Source of the DNA: Bdellovibrionales bacterium
Lineage (GTDB): Bacteria; Bdellovibrionota; Bdellovibrionia; Bdellovibrionales; UBA1609
Direction of reading: 5' to 3'
Assembly: GCA_965199825.1 (NCBI GenBank)
Contig: OZ241329.1
Coordinates: 2,641,869 to 2,705,868 of the forward strand
DNA: 64,000 nucleotides
Shown here: positions 30,138 through 39,557 of the stretch, piece after piece
Layout: each line of letters opens with the position of its first letter
How positions within the stretch are numbered: position 1 is the first letter of the stretch
The notes under the pieces: generated by a model
The model's input: the letters and a program-made list of their open reading frames with translations, nothing else
The model's database searches: none
Told to the model about the DNA's origin: nothing
Position numbers and translations under genes: made by a program

Positions 30138-30478
30138 GCCTGAATTTCGGTCCACAAAAGTTTTTTGCGTTTAAGAGTCGTTTCGTCATTTCCAAGAAGT
30201 TGGCTCATGGGTGGAGCATACAAAACATGCTGTAACTTCGAATCGATTTGCCCACCAAAATAAAGGACTTTGTCAAAAACCTTTTCGGGCAAAGGACCTT
30301 CAAAGGTCTCGAAATTTTTCAAATTTAGAGCCTGACTTAAGCGGTCGATCAGCTTTTTACCCTCGTCACTCAAGGGCTCCAAAGACACAAATGCGAATGG
30401 AATCGCAGGTTTTTTGGTAAACAAAACCTCTTTAATTCCAAGAACTTCATTTAAATACATCAGTTGGGCTTGAGTCAT
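30125..30478 (-). CDS. Hypothetical protein (weak pattern resemblance to DNA polymerase III psi / UDG N-terminal extension)
   Basis: Start set at the ATG at 30478 (MTQAQLMYLNEVLGIKEV...). C-terminal ...NDETTLKRKKLLWTEIQAW. The resemblance is by eye only. Confidence 0.45.
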   Translation of the reverse strand: MTQAQLMYLNEVLGIKEVLFTKKPAIPFAFVSLEPLSDEGKKLIDRLSQALNLKNFETFEGPLPEKVFDKVLYFGGQIDSKLQHVLYAPPMSQLLGNDETTLKRKKLLWTEIQAWLS

Positions 30479-30618
30479 AGAAAATCTGTTGTAGCAGGCC
30501 GATCGGCCTTTGGTCATGGGAAGATTTTGCTTCAAACGTTAGGCCAAGAAAGGGCTTTAACCCTCAACTCTTTTTAGAAAATCACGATCAGTCAGGCACG
30601 ATATCAAGGAGGACAGTC

Positions 30619-30834
30619 GTGTCGAAAAAGGAAGTTATGGAAATTACAATAAGCACAAATGATGAAATCACAATCCGCGAGCAGTTTTTGCTCGACTACA
30701 CCACCTGCTGCCTTTGCGGCTCAGATTTGATGTTCACCCACGTCACAAAATTTGTGACCGGCGAAGTCAAAGAGCAAGGTGCCTGCGAAAGTTGCGGCAT
30801 CGAACACGCTCCTAAGAGTCATCCCCTACAGTAA
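30619..30834 (+). CDS. Small zinc-ribbon-like protein
   Basis: 71 aa, GTG start with an aaggagga RBS. Two Cys pairs (CCLCG ... CESCG). The 3' end overlaps the convergent uvrC. Confidence 0.45.
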   Translation: MSKKEVMEITISTNDEITIREQFLLDYTTCCLCGSDLMFTHVTKFVTGEVKEQGACESCGIEHAPKSHPLQ

Positions 30835-32701
30835 GCTCTGTGGGGCTTTCATCGGTGAGGCTTAAGAGCACCCGCTCTGCCAAAACCCGATTAAAGCCTT
30901 TCAGTAGCAACAGCTCCTCGAGCTTGGCGATCTTGATCGCCTCGAGCGTGCCAAACTTTTCGAGTAAAAGTTTTTTCTTTTTCTCACCGAGTCCCGTAAT
31001 CAAGTCCAGCTGGCTCTGTAAAGTTTTTTCGTCGCGCAATTTGCGATGAAATGTAATTGCAAATCGATGGGCCTCATCACGTAGCCCCACAAGAATTTGA
31101 TAAGCTTCAGAGTGTGTGGGAAATAAAACCGGATTTTGACGATTGGGTAAAAAAAAGCGCTCCTCGCTGCTGGCAATTTCTTGATCACTAAATTCACCTT
31201 GAGTTCTCGCCTTAGCAAGACCTACGACTGCAAGCTCTGGCCGACCCAGTTCTTTTAAAACTTCAACCGCCATTTTGAGTTGACCCTTACCACCATCGAC
31301 CACAATCAAATCGGGATCGTCATACTCGGTGTGTTTAAGCCTGCGTGAGAGAACCTCTTTCATCGAGGCAAAGTCATTGGGGCCTTCAACCGTTTTGATC
31401 TTATAGAGCCGATAGTCCTCTTTTTTGGGGGCGCCATCTTCGAACACCACTTGCGAGGCCACACTCTCGGCACCTTGAAAGTTTGAAATATCAAAACACT
31501 CCATGCGGCAGGGCAAATTTTTAAGACCGAGTCGCACTTTGATTTCTTCAAGGCCTTTTGTCCGGCTTTCTTTTTTGGCAACCTGATCTTTAAAATGGGC
31601 TTGAGCATTTTCAAGCGCCATATCCACCAACTTTTTGGCATCCGGCCCGGTGGGTGGAATGATTCGGGGTTCGATATCTTGCCGCTCTTTAAAAACTGCC
31701 TTTAAAAGTTTAGTGATCTCCGGCCCCAAGTCCACCTGCAAAATAATTTCTTCGGGTACAATATTATCTAAATAATATTGATTTAAAAATGAAGTCAGCC
31801 ATTCTCTGACGTCTTCTTCTTCAGAGCTTGAGTTGAGCCGTGGCAAAAAATGGGATCGATTCCCAATCATGCGGCCCGCACGAATGTGTAAGGTCTCAAT
31901 CAGTGTTCCGCGCTCATCACCAAAATAAACAATAACGTCTTGATCAAATTCTTTTTGGCTCACGACGGTTTGTTTTTGCCAAATCCGTTTCACCGCATTG
32001 ACCGAGTCACGAAGTTTGGCCGCGGCCTCAAAGCGCTCCTCTTCAGAGGCCTTTTTCATTCTGTCAGAAATCGACTTCACCACTTTTTTATCTCGACCTT
32101 TTAAAAAAGCCACCGCCGATTGAATGTCCTCGCGGTAATCTTCCTTAGAAATCAAATCCACGCAGGGTGCCGTGCAGCGCCCGATTTGGTGGGTCATACA
32201 GGGGCGTTTGCGGGTATTAAAAAAAGCATCAGCACAATCACGAATTTTAAAGGTAAGCGAAATAAATCGCAGAGTCTCGCGCACCGATCCCGCTGAGGTG
32301 TAGGGCCCAAAATAAAGCGAGCCATCGTGTTTTACTTTTCGACTTAAATAAAAACGTGGGTATTCATCGGCAAGGCTCACCCGAATATAGGGATAGGCTT
32401 TGTCGTCTTTGAGCCGAATATTATATCGAGGTTTAAATTTTTTGATTAAAGTCGCTTCGAGTAAAAACGCTTCGACTTCGGTTTTGGTTAAAATGTATTC
32501 GATATTTTGGATGTGATTGACCAAGAACCGCGTTTTTAAACTGTGCTCATAATTTTGATAAAAATAAGTTCGAACACGACCCTTGAGGCTTTTGGCTTTG
32601 CCGACATAGATCACCTTGTCTTTGATATCTTTCATCAAATAAACGCCGGGTGTCTCGGGCAGGTCGGCAATAATAAGCTTAAGATGTTCTCGGCTATCCA
32701 T
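30812..32701 (-). CDS. uvrC: Excinuclease ABC subunit C
   Basis: N-terminal GIY-YIG (GVYLMKD...VIYVGKAKSL), UvrBC-interaction domain, RNase H-like endonuclease domain and C-terminal (HhH)2. Length 629 aa. Confidence 0.95.
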   Translation of the reverse strand: MDSREHLKLIIADLPETPGVYLMKDIKDKVIYVGKAKSLKGRVRTYFYQNYEHSLKTRFLVNHIQNIEYILTKTEVEAFLLEATLIKKFKPRYNIRLKDDKAYPYIRVSLADEYPRFYLSRKVKHDGSLYFGPYTSAGSVRETLRFISLTFKIRDCADAFFNTRKRPCMTHQIGRCTAPCVDLISKEDYREDIQSAVAFLKGRDKKVVKSISDRMKKASEEERFEAAAKLRDSVNAVKRIWQKQTVVSQKEFDQDVIVYFGDERGTLIETLHIRAGRMIGNRSHFLPRLNSSSEEEDVREWLTSFLNQYYLDNIVPEEIILQVDLGPEITKLLKAVFKERQDIEPRIIPPTGPDAKKLVDMALENAQAHFKDQVAKKESRTKGLEEIKVRLGLKNLPCRMECFDISNFQGAESVASQVVFEDGAPKKEDYRLYKIKTVEGPNDFASMKEVLSRRLKHTEYDDPDLIVVDGGKGQLKMAVEVLKELGRPELAVVGLAKARTQGEFSDQEIASSEERFFLPNRQNPVLFPTHSEAYQILVGLRDEAHRFAITFHRKLRDEKTLQSQLDLITGLGEKKKKLLLEKFGTLEAIKIAKLEELLLLKGFNRVLAERVLLSLTDESPTELTVGDDS

Positions 32702-34024
32702 TTAGAGCTTTGTAGCAGCTTCCAATGATTCCAACATATAATTCATTTTTATTTCGTCGAGGCCCGGATGAACACCAATCCAAAAAAACAAATTCATAAT
32801 TTTATCGGTGGCGGTAAGCTCTTCGTGCACACGGAAGTCTAACTTTTTGTACGCCGGTTGCTTGGTGAGATTTCCGCCGAACAATAATCGGGTGCCAATT
32901 TTTCTATCGTTTTCTAAAAATTGCACCACTTGGTTTCGCTCTAATCCATTTTCACAATAAAGCCCAAATCCAAACCAACTCGGATTGGTCTCATCGGTAG
33001 CGCTCACTGTTCTATAGAATTTTTTGAGTATGGGAGAAGCTTCGAGTCCGGATTTTAAAAATTTATAATTTTTTCGACGTGCAGAAATAAACTGATCCGC
33101 CTTTGTTAGCTGACTGATTCCAAGTGCGGCCTGGATATCAGTGGCTTTTAAATTGTAACCGACGTTTGAGTAAGTGTATTTGTGGTCATAACCAAAGGGC
33201 ATATCGCCAAGCTGCCACTCAAATCTTTTTTGGCAGGTATTGTCTTTTCCTGAATCACACCAGCAATCTCTGCCCCAGTCTCTCACGCTTTCTGCAACTT
33301 TTCTCAATCGCGCATTAGCACTCATCACAGCTCCACCCTCACCGGTTGTGATATGATGGGCAGGATAAAAACTGCAGGTTGCATATTCACCAAAAGATCC
33401 GACCCGTCGATTTGCGATCTCTGCGCCTAAGGCATCACAGCAATCTTCGACCACCAAAAGCTTAGGAAATTCTTTTTTGATCAGATCCACACGATAGGGA
33501 TTACCCAAAGTGTGGGCCAAAACAAGTGCGCGTGTTTTTGGAGTGATTGCTTCACGAATGGTCTCAACACTCACATTAAGAGTGGCCTCGTCGACATCTA
33601 AAAATACCGGCTTAAGATGATTTTGAAAAATCGGATTCACTGTAGTCGGAAATCCTGCAGCCGCAGTTAAGACTTCATCACCCGCTTTAAGAATCGGAAA
33701 GCCAAGGGCTTCGAGTCCACCTGCACATAAGCTGCTCACCGCAAGAAGATTTGCACTGCTGCCGCTGTTTACAAAAAGGGCCTTGAGGGATCTACCAAAA
33801 AATTGCGGCAAGTTTGTTTCAAATTCTTTGGTGTAGCGACCCGAGGTAAACCACATATCTAAACTGGCATCTAAAACATGTTTGAGATCTTCAAAATCAA
33901 CTGTCTTTACAGTGACCGGAATGTATGTCTTTTTGGCTTCAAATAAGGTTTGACGCTGAGGCTGTTCTGAAAAAAACTGACTTGCGGCTTCGAATATTGG
34001 AGAACGATCAGATTGAATTTCCAT
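32702..34024 (-). CDS. ddhC: CDP-6-deoxy-L-threo-D-glycero-4-hexulose-3-dehydrase (E1; RfbH/DdhC)
   Basis: DegT/DnrJ-fold protein of 440 aa. The usual PLP-Lys is replaced by His (SFYPAHHITTGEGG). The Cys pattern C-X57-C-X1-C-X7-C (..DCC..., DCWCDSGKDNTC) matches the [2Fe-2S] site described for E1. The stop abuts the uvrC start with no gap. Confidence 0.88.
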   Translation of the reverse strand: MEIQSDRSPIFEAASQFFSEQPQRQTLFEAKKTYIPVTVKTVDFEDLKHVLDASLDMWFTSGRYTKEFETNLPQFFGRSLKALFVNSGSSANLLAVSSLCAGGLEALGFPILKAGDEVLTAAAGFPTTVNPIFQNHLKPVFLDVDEATLNVSVETIREAITPKTRALVLAHTLGNPYRVDLIKKEFPKLLVVEDCCDALGAEIANRRVGSFGEYATCSFYPAHHITTGEGGAVMSANARLRKVAESVRDWGRDCWCDSGKDNTCQKRFEWQLGDMPFGYDHKYTYSNVGYNLKATDIQAALGISQLTKADQFISARRKNYKFLKSGLEASPILKKFYRTVSATDETNPSWFGFGLYCENGLERNQVVQFLENDRKIGTRLLFGGNLTKQPAYKKLDFRVHEELTATDKIMNLFFWIGVHPGLDEIKMNYMLESLEAATKL

Positions 34025-34074
34025 TCAAATATTCAACAAAGGTTTAAGCGAATCGCAAATAGAAAGTGTGAAAG

Positions 34075-34848
34075 ATGAAGTGCGTAATCCTTGCGGGAGG
34101 TCTAGGAAGTCGGTTAAGCGAAGAGACCGCAGTCAAACCAAAGCCTATGGTCGAAATTGGTGGCAAACCGATTCTCTGGCACATCATGAAAATCTACAGC
34201 CATCACGGGATCAACGACTTTGTGATCTGCCTCGGATACAAGGGCTATTATATTAAGGAGTTCTTTGCGAATTACAGTCTTCATTGCTCAGACGTGACTT
34301 TTGATTTCTCAAAAAATTCTACGGTGATTCATCAATCCTCGTCTGAACCCTGGAAGGTCACGTTGGTGGATACCGGTGATGAAACGATGACCGGAGGTCG
34401 AATCAAACGCGTCAAACCCTACATCAAAGATGAAGACTCTTTTTGTCTCACCTACGGCGATGGATTGTCAGACGTCAACATCACAGATGCCATCGCTTTA
34501 CATCGAAAATACAACCGACTCGCCACAATCACTGCGACTCAACCACCTGGCCGTTTTGGGGCTCTGCAGATCAAAGAGGATCAGGTGGTTCAGTTTGTCG
34601 AAAAACCAAGTGGAGATGGTCACTGGATCAATGGGGGTTTTTTTGTTCTCTCACCCAAGGTGACCGATTTTATCAAAGACGAACACACGATCTGGGAACA
34701 AGAGCCACTGCGCCAGCTCGCAAGCAATGGCGAATTGTCTGTTTACAAACATCACGGTTTTTGGCAACCCATGGACACTCTACGCGAAAAGTATTTACTC
34801 GAAAATCTATGGCAATCCGGATCTGCTCCATGGAAAACATGGACTTAA
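34075..34848 (+). CDS. rfbF: Glucose-1-phosphate cytidylyltransferase
   Basis: [37 protein letters not shown]..., 257 aa, the canonical RfbF/DdhA length and N-terminus. Confidence 0.93.
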   Translation: MKCVILAGGLGSRLSEETAVKPKPMVEIGGKPILWHIMKIYSHHGINDFVICLGYKGYYIKEFFANYSLHCSDVTFDFSKNSTVIHQSSSEPWKVTLVDTGDETMTGGRIKRVKPYIKDEDSFCLTYGDGLSDVNITDAIALHRKYNRLATITATQPPGRFGALQIKEDQVVQFVEKPSGDGHWINGGFFVLSPKVTDFIKDEHTIWEQEPLRQLASNGELSVYKHHGFWQPMDTLREKYLLENLWQSGSAPWKTWT

Positions 34849-35651
34849 CAAATAAACGGATTTTGATTACGGGAGCCACAAGCTATTTAGCAAAAAAATT
34901 TTGGCCCTTTTTTATTCATAGTGATCTTTTAGAAATTGATCGTGGTGATGTTGAACAAAATACTTTTGAAAAAAAAATGACCTCTTTTGGACCAGAGCTT
35001 ATTTTTCATTTTGCCACCGTTTATGGACGCGGTGGCGAAAATGAAAAAGTGATTTCAAAGGTCAATTTTGATTTACCTCAAAAGCTCTTTTTAAATTTAA
35101 AAAAAGGAATTTTTGTTAACTGCGACACCAAACTCCCACGTGAAGTTTCGACCTATGCTCTCTATAAAAATCTATTTCGAGAGTGGGCAATCGATTTTGC
35201 CGATAACCAAAAAAGATTTTTAAATTTAAAACTCGAACATTTTTATGGACCCAGAGCCCCCGCTCACAATTTTGTAACTTCGGTTGCAAACAAACTCTCA
35301 CAACATGAGAATATTCCTTTAACCGAGGGTCTCCAGCAACGAGATTTTGTTTATATTGATGATTGTGTTGAGGCAATGCATCTGTGTGTTTGTGGCTTTA
35401 TGAGAGATCAAACGCCGTATCAAGAAATTGAAGTGGGCAGTGGGCAGGTCACCTCAATCCGAGATCTGGTCTTACTGATGAAGAAAATAAGTGGATCTCA
35501 ATCTCAACTCAAATTTGGAGCTATCGCCCAAAGGCCTCATGAGGTGATGTATTCTGCGGCCAACATGCACCATCTTTCTCAATTAGGATTTAAACCCCAG
35601 ATCAACCTTGAACGCGGCCTCGCACTTTTATTTGCAAAGGATCAAACTTGA
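34830..35651 (+). CDS. NAD(P)-dependent sugar reductase/epimerase, CDP-paratose/abequose synthase-like
   Basis: The true start is inferred at the ATG at 34830 ([24 protein letters not shown], Rossmann GxxGxxG-like). The long upstream extension to 34443 lies in another frame inside rfbF. The position between ddhA and the tyv-like gene matches prt/rfbS. Confidence 0.72.
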   Translation: MENMDLTNKRILITGATSYLAKKFWPFFIHSDLLEIDRGDVEQNTFEKKMTSFGPELIFHFATVYGRGGENEKVISKVNFDLPQKLFLNLKKGIFVNCDTKLPREVSTYALYKNLFREWAIDFADNQKRFLNLKLEHFYGPRAPAHNFVTSVANKLSQHENIPLTEGLQQRDFVYIDDCVEAMHLCVCGFMRDQTPYQEIEVGSGQVTSIRDLVLLMKKISGSQSQLKFGAIAQRPHEVMYSAANMHHLSQLGFKPQINLERGLALLFAKDQT

Positions 35652-36667
35652 AATTTCTAGTCACGGGCGGTTGTGGATTCTTAGGCAGCAACCTCTCACA
35701 TGAAGTGATGAAACGAGGACACCGTCTCTTGGTGGTCGACAATCTTTATCGCACCGGTTCCGAAAGAAATTTAGCCTGGTTAAAAACCATTGGAGATTTT
35801 GAATTTCGCCACTGCGATATTCGAAATGCGAACGATGTCGACCAGGTCTTTCAGAACTACCGACCTGATGTTGTGTTTCATTGTGCAGGGCAAGTGGCTA
35901 TGACCACATCAATCGAAAATCCATGTCTCGATTTTGAAGTGAATGTGGGCGGAGGATTTCACATTTTAGAAGCCGTTAGAAAATATGTTCCTGAAGCTGC
36001 TTTGACATTTTCGAGCACCAATAAAGTTTATGGTGATTTGATTGATCTAAAGCTTGAAGAATCCACCACTCGTTATATTGCCAACGATTATCCAAAAGGG
36101 TTTGCCGAAAACTTTCCTCTCAATTTTTGCTCACCTTACGGCTGCTCGAAGGGGGCTGTTGATCAATACATGCTCGATTACGCTCGAATTTTTAATCTCA
36201 ACACCATCGTCTTTCGGCATTCTTCGATTTATGGTGGTAGGCAATATCCCACTTTTGATCAAGGCTGGGTTGGATGGTTTACTCTGAAAGCGATGGCCCA
36301 AAAAAAGGGAATCGAAAAATCGTTTACTGTGGCTGGTAATGGCAAACAGGTTCGAGATCTTTTGTATGTGGATGATATTATCGACTGTTATTTCAGAGCG
36401 GTTGACTCTCTTGCGCGCGTCAAGGGGCAGGCCTTTAACATCGGTGGAGGAGAGCAAAATAGTCTGTCTATTTTAGAATTAATCCATTGGCTCGAACAAA
36501 ACTTAAGCATCAAACTGCACAAGCAATTTCTTGAAACTCGAGCCAGCGATCAAAAAGTATTTATTGCCGACAATTCAAAGATGACCGAAGCGACCGGATG
36601 GACGCCAAAAATTTCAAATCAACAGGGGTTGTCACAAATGCTCAATTGGTTAAAGAGTTTGGCATGA
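35648..36667 (+). CDS. rfbE: CDP-paratose 2-epimerase-like (tyvelose epimerase family) SDR
   Basis: Collinear with Salmonella RfbE as recalled from memory: TGGCGFLGSNL, HCAGQVAMTTSIENPCLDFEVNVGG, SSTNKVYGDL, SPYGCSKGAVDQYMLDYARIF, RHSSIYGGRQ...DQGWVGWF, GNGKQVRD. TTG start overlapping the upstream stop (TTGA). Confidence 0.85.
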   Translation: MKFLVTGGCGFLGSNLSHEVMKRGHRLLVVDNLYRTGSERNLAWLKTIGDFEFRHCDIRNANDVDQVFQNYRPDVVFHCAGQVAMTTSIENPCLDFEVNVGGGFHILEAVRKYVPEAALTFSSTNKVYGDLIDLKLEESTTRYIANDYPKGFAENFPLNFCSPYGCSKGAVDQYMLDYARIFNLNTIVFRHSSIYGGRQYPTFDQGWVGWFTLKAMAQKKGIEKSFTVAGNGKQVRDLLYVDDIIDCYFRAVDSLARVKGQAFNIGGGEQNSLSILELIHWLEQNLSIKLHKQFLETRASDQKVFIADNSKMTEATGWTPKISNQQGLSQMLNWLKSLA

Positions 36668-37725
36668 CTTTTTGGAAACAGAAACGTGTCTTTATAACCG
36701 GGCACACCGGATTTAAGGGAAGTTGGCTTTGTTATTGGCTAGCCCTAAAGGGAGCGGTGGTTGGTGGTTACGCACTGGAGCCTAACACCAATCCAAACCT
36801 CTTTGAGCTTTTAAATATTAAAAACTTAATCAAACAAAATCAGTTTGGTGATATCAACAATCTAGAAAGTTTAAAAAAAAGTATTCATCAATTTAAGCCC
36901 GAGATTGTGTTTCACCTTGCAGCACAACCTTTAGTGAGACTGTCGTACGCTCAACCCCTCGACACATTGAAAACAAATATATTGGGCACCGCACATGTGC
37001 TTGAAGCCTTAAGAGATCTGCCAAGTGTTCAGGCGATTGTTGTGATCACAACAGACAAAGTTTATGAAAATCTCGAATGGGATTGGCCTTATAGAGAAAA
37101 TGATCATCTTGGAGGCCACGACGTTTACTCAGCAAGTAAGGCATGTGCAGAAATTGTGACCCAAAGTTATCGTCGTTGCTTTTTTAAAAAGGGCGCAGGC
37201 CTTGCGAGCGTTCGAGCAGGCAATGTGATCGGAGGCGGTGACTGGTCATTAGATCGACTTGTGCCAGATATGATAAGAGCCATTGATGCACGAACTCAGT
37301 TTCAACTTCGAAGTCCAGATTCGATTCGTCCGTGGCAGCATGTGCTCGAGCCTCTTTATGGTTATATGAAAATTGCAGAGCGCTTGTATCTTAAGGATAA
37401 AAATGCAGAACAGGCATTTAATCTCGGACCCCATGAGGCCGACTGCATCTCGGTAGGCAAAATGGTGCAGATTTTTAAAAAGCATTTTTTGGATCAACTC
37501 CAAATTCAACAAATTACATACGCTCAGGCGCCACACGAAGCCCAAATCCTAAAACTTGATTGCTCACGTGCAAAAAATGTTTTGGGACTAACTCCCCGCC
37601 TAAAGATTGAGGATGCAATCCAAATCACCTCGATTTGGTATGACCACTGGATTAAAAAACTGGATCTTACCAAAATCACCCAACAGCAGATTGAAGAGTA
37701 TGAAAGACTTTATGATAACACCTGA
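36664..37725 (+). CDS. rfbG: CDP-glucose 4,6-dehydratase
   Basis: MTFWKQKRVFITGHTGFKGSWL, TTDKVYEN, YSASKACAE, IRPWQHVLEPL. ATGA overlap with the upstream stop. Confidence 0.92.
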   Translation: MTFWKQKRVFITGHTGFKGSWLCYWLALKGAVVGGYALEPNTNPNLFELLNIKNLIKQNQFGDINNLESLKKSIHQFKPEIVFHLAAQPLVRLSYAQPLDTLKTNILGTAHVLEALRDLPSVQAIVVITTDKVYENLEWDWPYRENDHLGGHDVYSASKACAEIVTQSYRRCFFKKGAGLASVRAGNVIGGGDWSLDRLVPDMIRAIDARTQFQLRSPDSIRPWQHVLEPLYGYMKIAERLYLKDKNAEQAFNLGPHEADCISVGKMVQIFKKHFLDQLQIQQITYAQAPHEAQILKLDCSRAKNVLGLTPRLKIEDAIQITSIWYDHWIKKLDLTKITQQQIEEYERLYDNT

Positions 37726-38500
37726 TCTCTCGATTATAATGCCGGCTTATTTAGAAGCCGAAAATTTAACGGGACTGCTGCCGCGACTCAATCAAACTTT
37801 GTTTGATCTAAAGATCAATTTTGAAATTCTTGTGGTCGACACCCAGGAAGCCATGGATCAGACGCCATCGATCTGTAAAAGGTTGAGTGCGCGATACATC
37901 AACCGCTTAAATGGCAATACTTATGGGGATGCGGTTCAGACCGGAATTCAGGATTCGAAAGGCCGCTACGTTGTTTTTATGGATGCCGATGGCTCGCACA
38001 GTCCTGAATTTATAAAAAAACTTTGGGAAGCTCGCAAAAATTTTGATGTGGTGATTGCCTCTCGCTACATCAAGGGCGGCCAAACCGACAATTCTAAAAC
38101 TCTTGTGTTGATGAGTCGAATGGTCAATTGGGGCTATGGTTTTGTACTTGGACTTCGTTGTAAAGACATCTCAAACAGCTTTAAACTTTATGATGGTGAA
38201 AAGTTGCGAGCCCTTCGTTTGTGTTTCAAAAATTTTGATATTGTCGAAGAGATTCTTTACAAACTTATTTTGATCGAACCTAAACTTCGGATTCATGAAA
38301 TCCCATTTCGATTTGAACAAAGAAATTTTGGCACTACAAAACGTCATTTGGTCGCTTTTGTATTTTCTTATGCGGTCTCACTTTTTAAATTAAGATTTAT
38401 CAGTCTTGAGTCCTCAAAACTCAAAAAAGGCCAAACACTCCCCAAAAAATTGGGCACGGACCCCCATAAACAGAAATACCCTCAACCAGATAAGCAATAA
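37700..38500 (+). CDS. GT2 polyprenyl-phosphate monosaccharide synthase (Dpm1/GtrB/ArnC-like)
   Basis: LSIIMPAYLEAENL, the DXD region VFMDADGSHSPEFIKKL, DVVIASRY and DISNSFKLY are the pattern of Dpm1-type enzymes. The start is at 37700 or 37712, overlapping the rfbG end. The last 80 nt overlap the convergent membrane gene. Confidence 0.82.
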   Translation: MKDFMITPDLSIIMPAYLEAENLTGLLPRLNQTLFDLKINFEILVVDTQEAMDQTPSICKRLSARYINRLNGNTYGDAVQTGIQDSKGRYVVFMDADGSHSPEFIKKLWEARKNFDVVIASRYIKGGQTDNSKTLVLMSRMVNWGYGFVLGLRCKDISNSFKLYDGEKLRALRLCFKNFDIVEEILYKLILIEPKLRIHEIPFRFEQRNFGTTKRHLVAFVFSYAVSLFKLRFISLESSKLKKGQTLPKKLGTDPHKQKYPQPDKQ

Positions 38501-39557
38501 GAGCAAATTTCATAGCAAGCTTTCTTTGGCGGGTCTCGAGTAGGGAGGGCAAACAAAACATGGGCAAAAGAAAAGCGCGATGCCAGCTCTGGGTCTCAGG
38601 GGTATTGATGATCATAAAAAACTGCCATATTAAAACTGGCAAGAGTGGCCACCACTTTTTATGAATCAAATAAAAATAAAGAAGAGCAATCGACGTCAAA
38701 AACAAAAGATGTCGCCAAGGGTTTATTAGAATCTGGCTGAGGTGGTGTCGATTACTGATCGGATACATCCTCAGCGCCGGATAAAGTAAATAAAACGCAT
38801 AGGCCGAAATCGAAATCAAAACGAATGCGGGCAAAATCAACCATGGCTTAGAAAGCTGACGTTTATTAACTATTTTAAATAATACGGGAATTAACAAACC
38901 CGACCACCACAACGCCCTAAAATGAAAAAATACACCAAGCGACCAAAACAAAATGGCTTCGCCAGTTCGATCCTTTGAAAATTTAAGAAACGCAAAGGCT
39001 ATAAATAAAATGCCTATGGCATCATAAAATCCCATTAAAGAGAAATTGAGCAGTTCGGTTACAATCAAAGGTAAAATGATGAAAGTTTGAAGCCGATCTT
39101 TTAAATCAATAAATTGCAAGAACACTAAGATTGCAAGATGAGCAAAAATAATAAATTTGAGAATCGAAATCAGATTCACGTTGGAAAAGCTCAGCAGCCC
39201 ACCCTGGTGAATCAGGCCTTCGGGTGCGGCATACAAAAAGGCTCCGGGCGGATAGGGTCGCGGGTATTGCGACCAGTTGATCAAACCACTATCACCAAAG
39301 TCATTGGGCACAAAGCAAGTGGTCTGAGGATTATAATACCAATGATTCGCAAATTTTTTTGTTTGCTCATTCAAAGGTGGGCAAATTTGTGAAGACGGTT
39401 TGCGGTAAAGATCAAACCCATTTTGCCAAAACAACGTGGAACTTGCCCAATGAGACATATGATCTGTTGAAAAGCCGTTCAGCGCCCGAGTGGGAATCGA
39501 AAATTTAAATGCGGCGATGACCGAAAAAAACAGAATTGAAAGACATGTACCTTTCAT
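38421..39557 (-). CDS. Polytopic membrane protein, GT-C superfamily candidate (DUF2029/GT87-like)
   Basis: 378 aa with about 9-10 TM spans. The first large loop carries WSQYPRPYPPGAFLY, a YPP-type motif seen in DUF2029 proteins. Family assignment is by eye only. Confidence 0.55.
   Translation of the reverse strand: MKGTCLSILFFSVIAAFKFSIPTRALNGFSTDHMSHWASSTLFWQNGFDLYRKPSSQICPPLNEQTKKFANHWYYNPQTTCFVPNDFGDSGLINWSQYPRPYPPGAFLYAAPEGLIHQGGLLSFSNVNLISILKFIIFAHLAILVFLQFIDLKDRLQTFIILPLIVTELLNFSLMGFYDAIGILFIAFAFLKFSKDRTGEAILFWSLGVFFHFRALWWSGLLIPVLFKIVNKRQLSKPWLILPAFVLISISAYAFYLLYPALRMYPISNRHHLSQILINPWRHLLFLTSIALLYFYLIHKKWWPLLPVLIWQFFMIINTPETQSWHRAFLLPMFCLPSLLETRQRKLAMKFALIAYLVEGISVYGGPCPIFWGVFGLF

Noticed and set aside
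34443-34829. Long N-terminal extension of the prt-like ORF (402-aa version).
   Set aside because: - The extension lies in a different frame entirely within rfbF and translates to Arg/His/Trp-rich nonsense.
- The Rossmann N-terminus begins at the ATG at 34830.
- The same logic applies to the extensions 36598-36663 (rfbG) and 37607-37699 (GT2).
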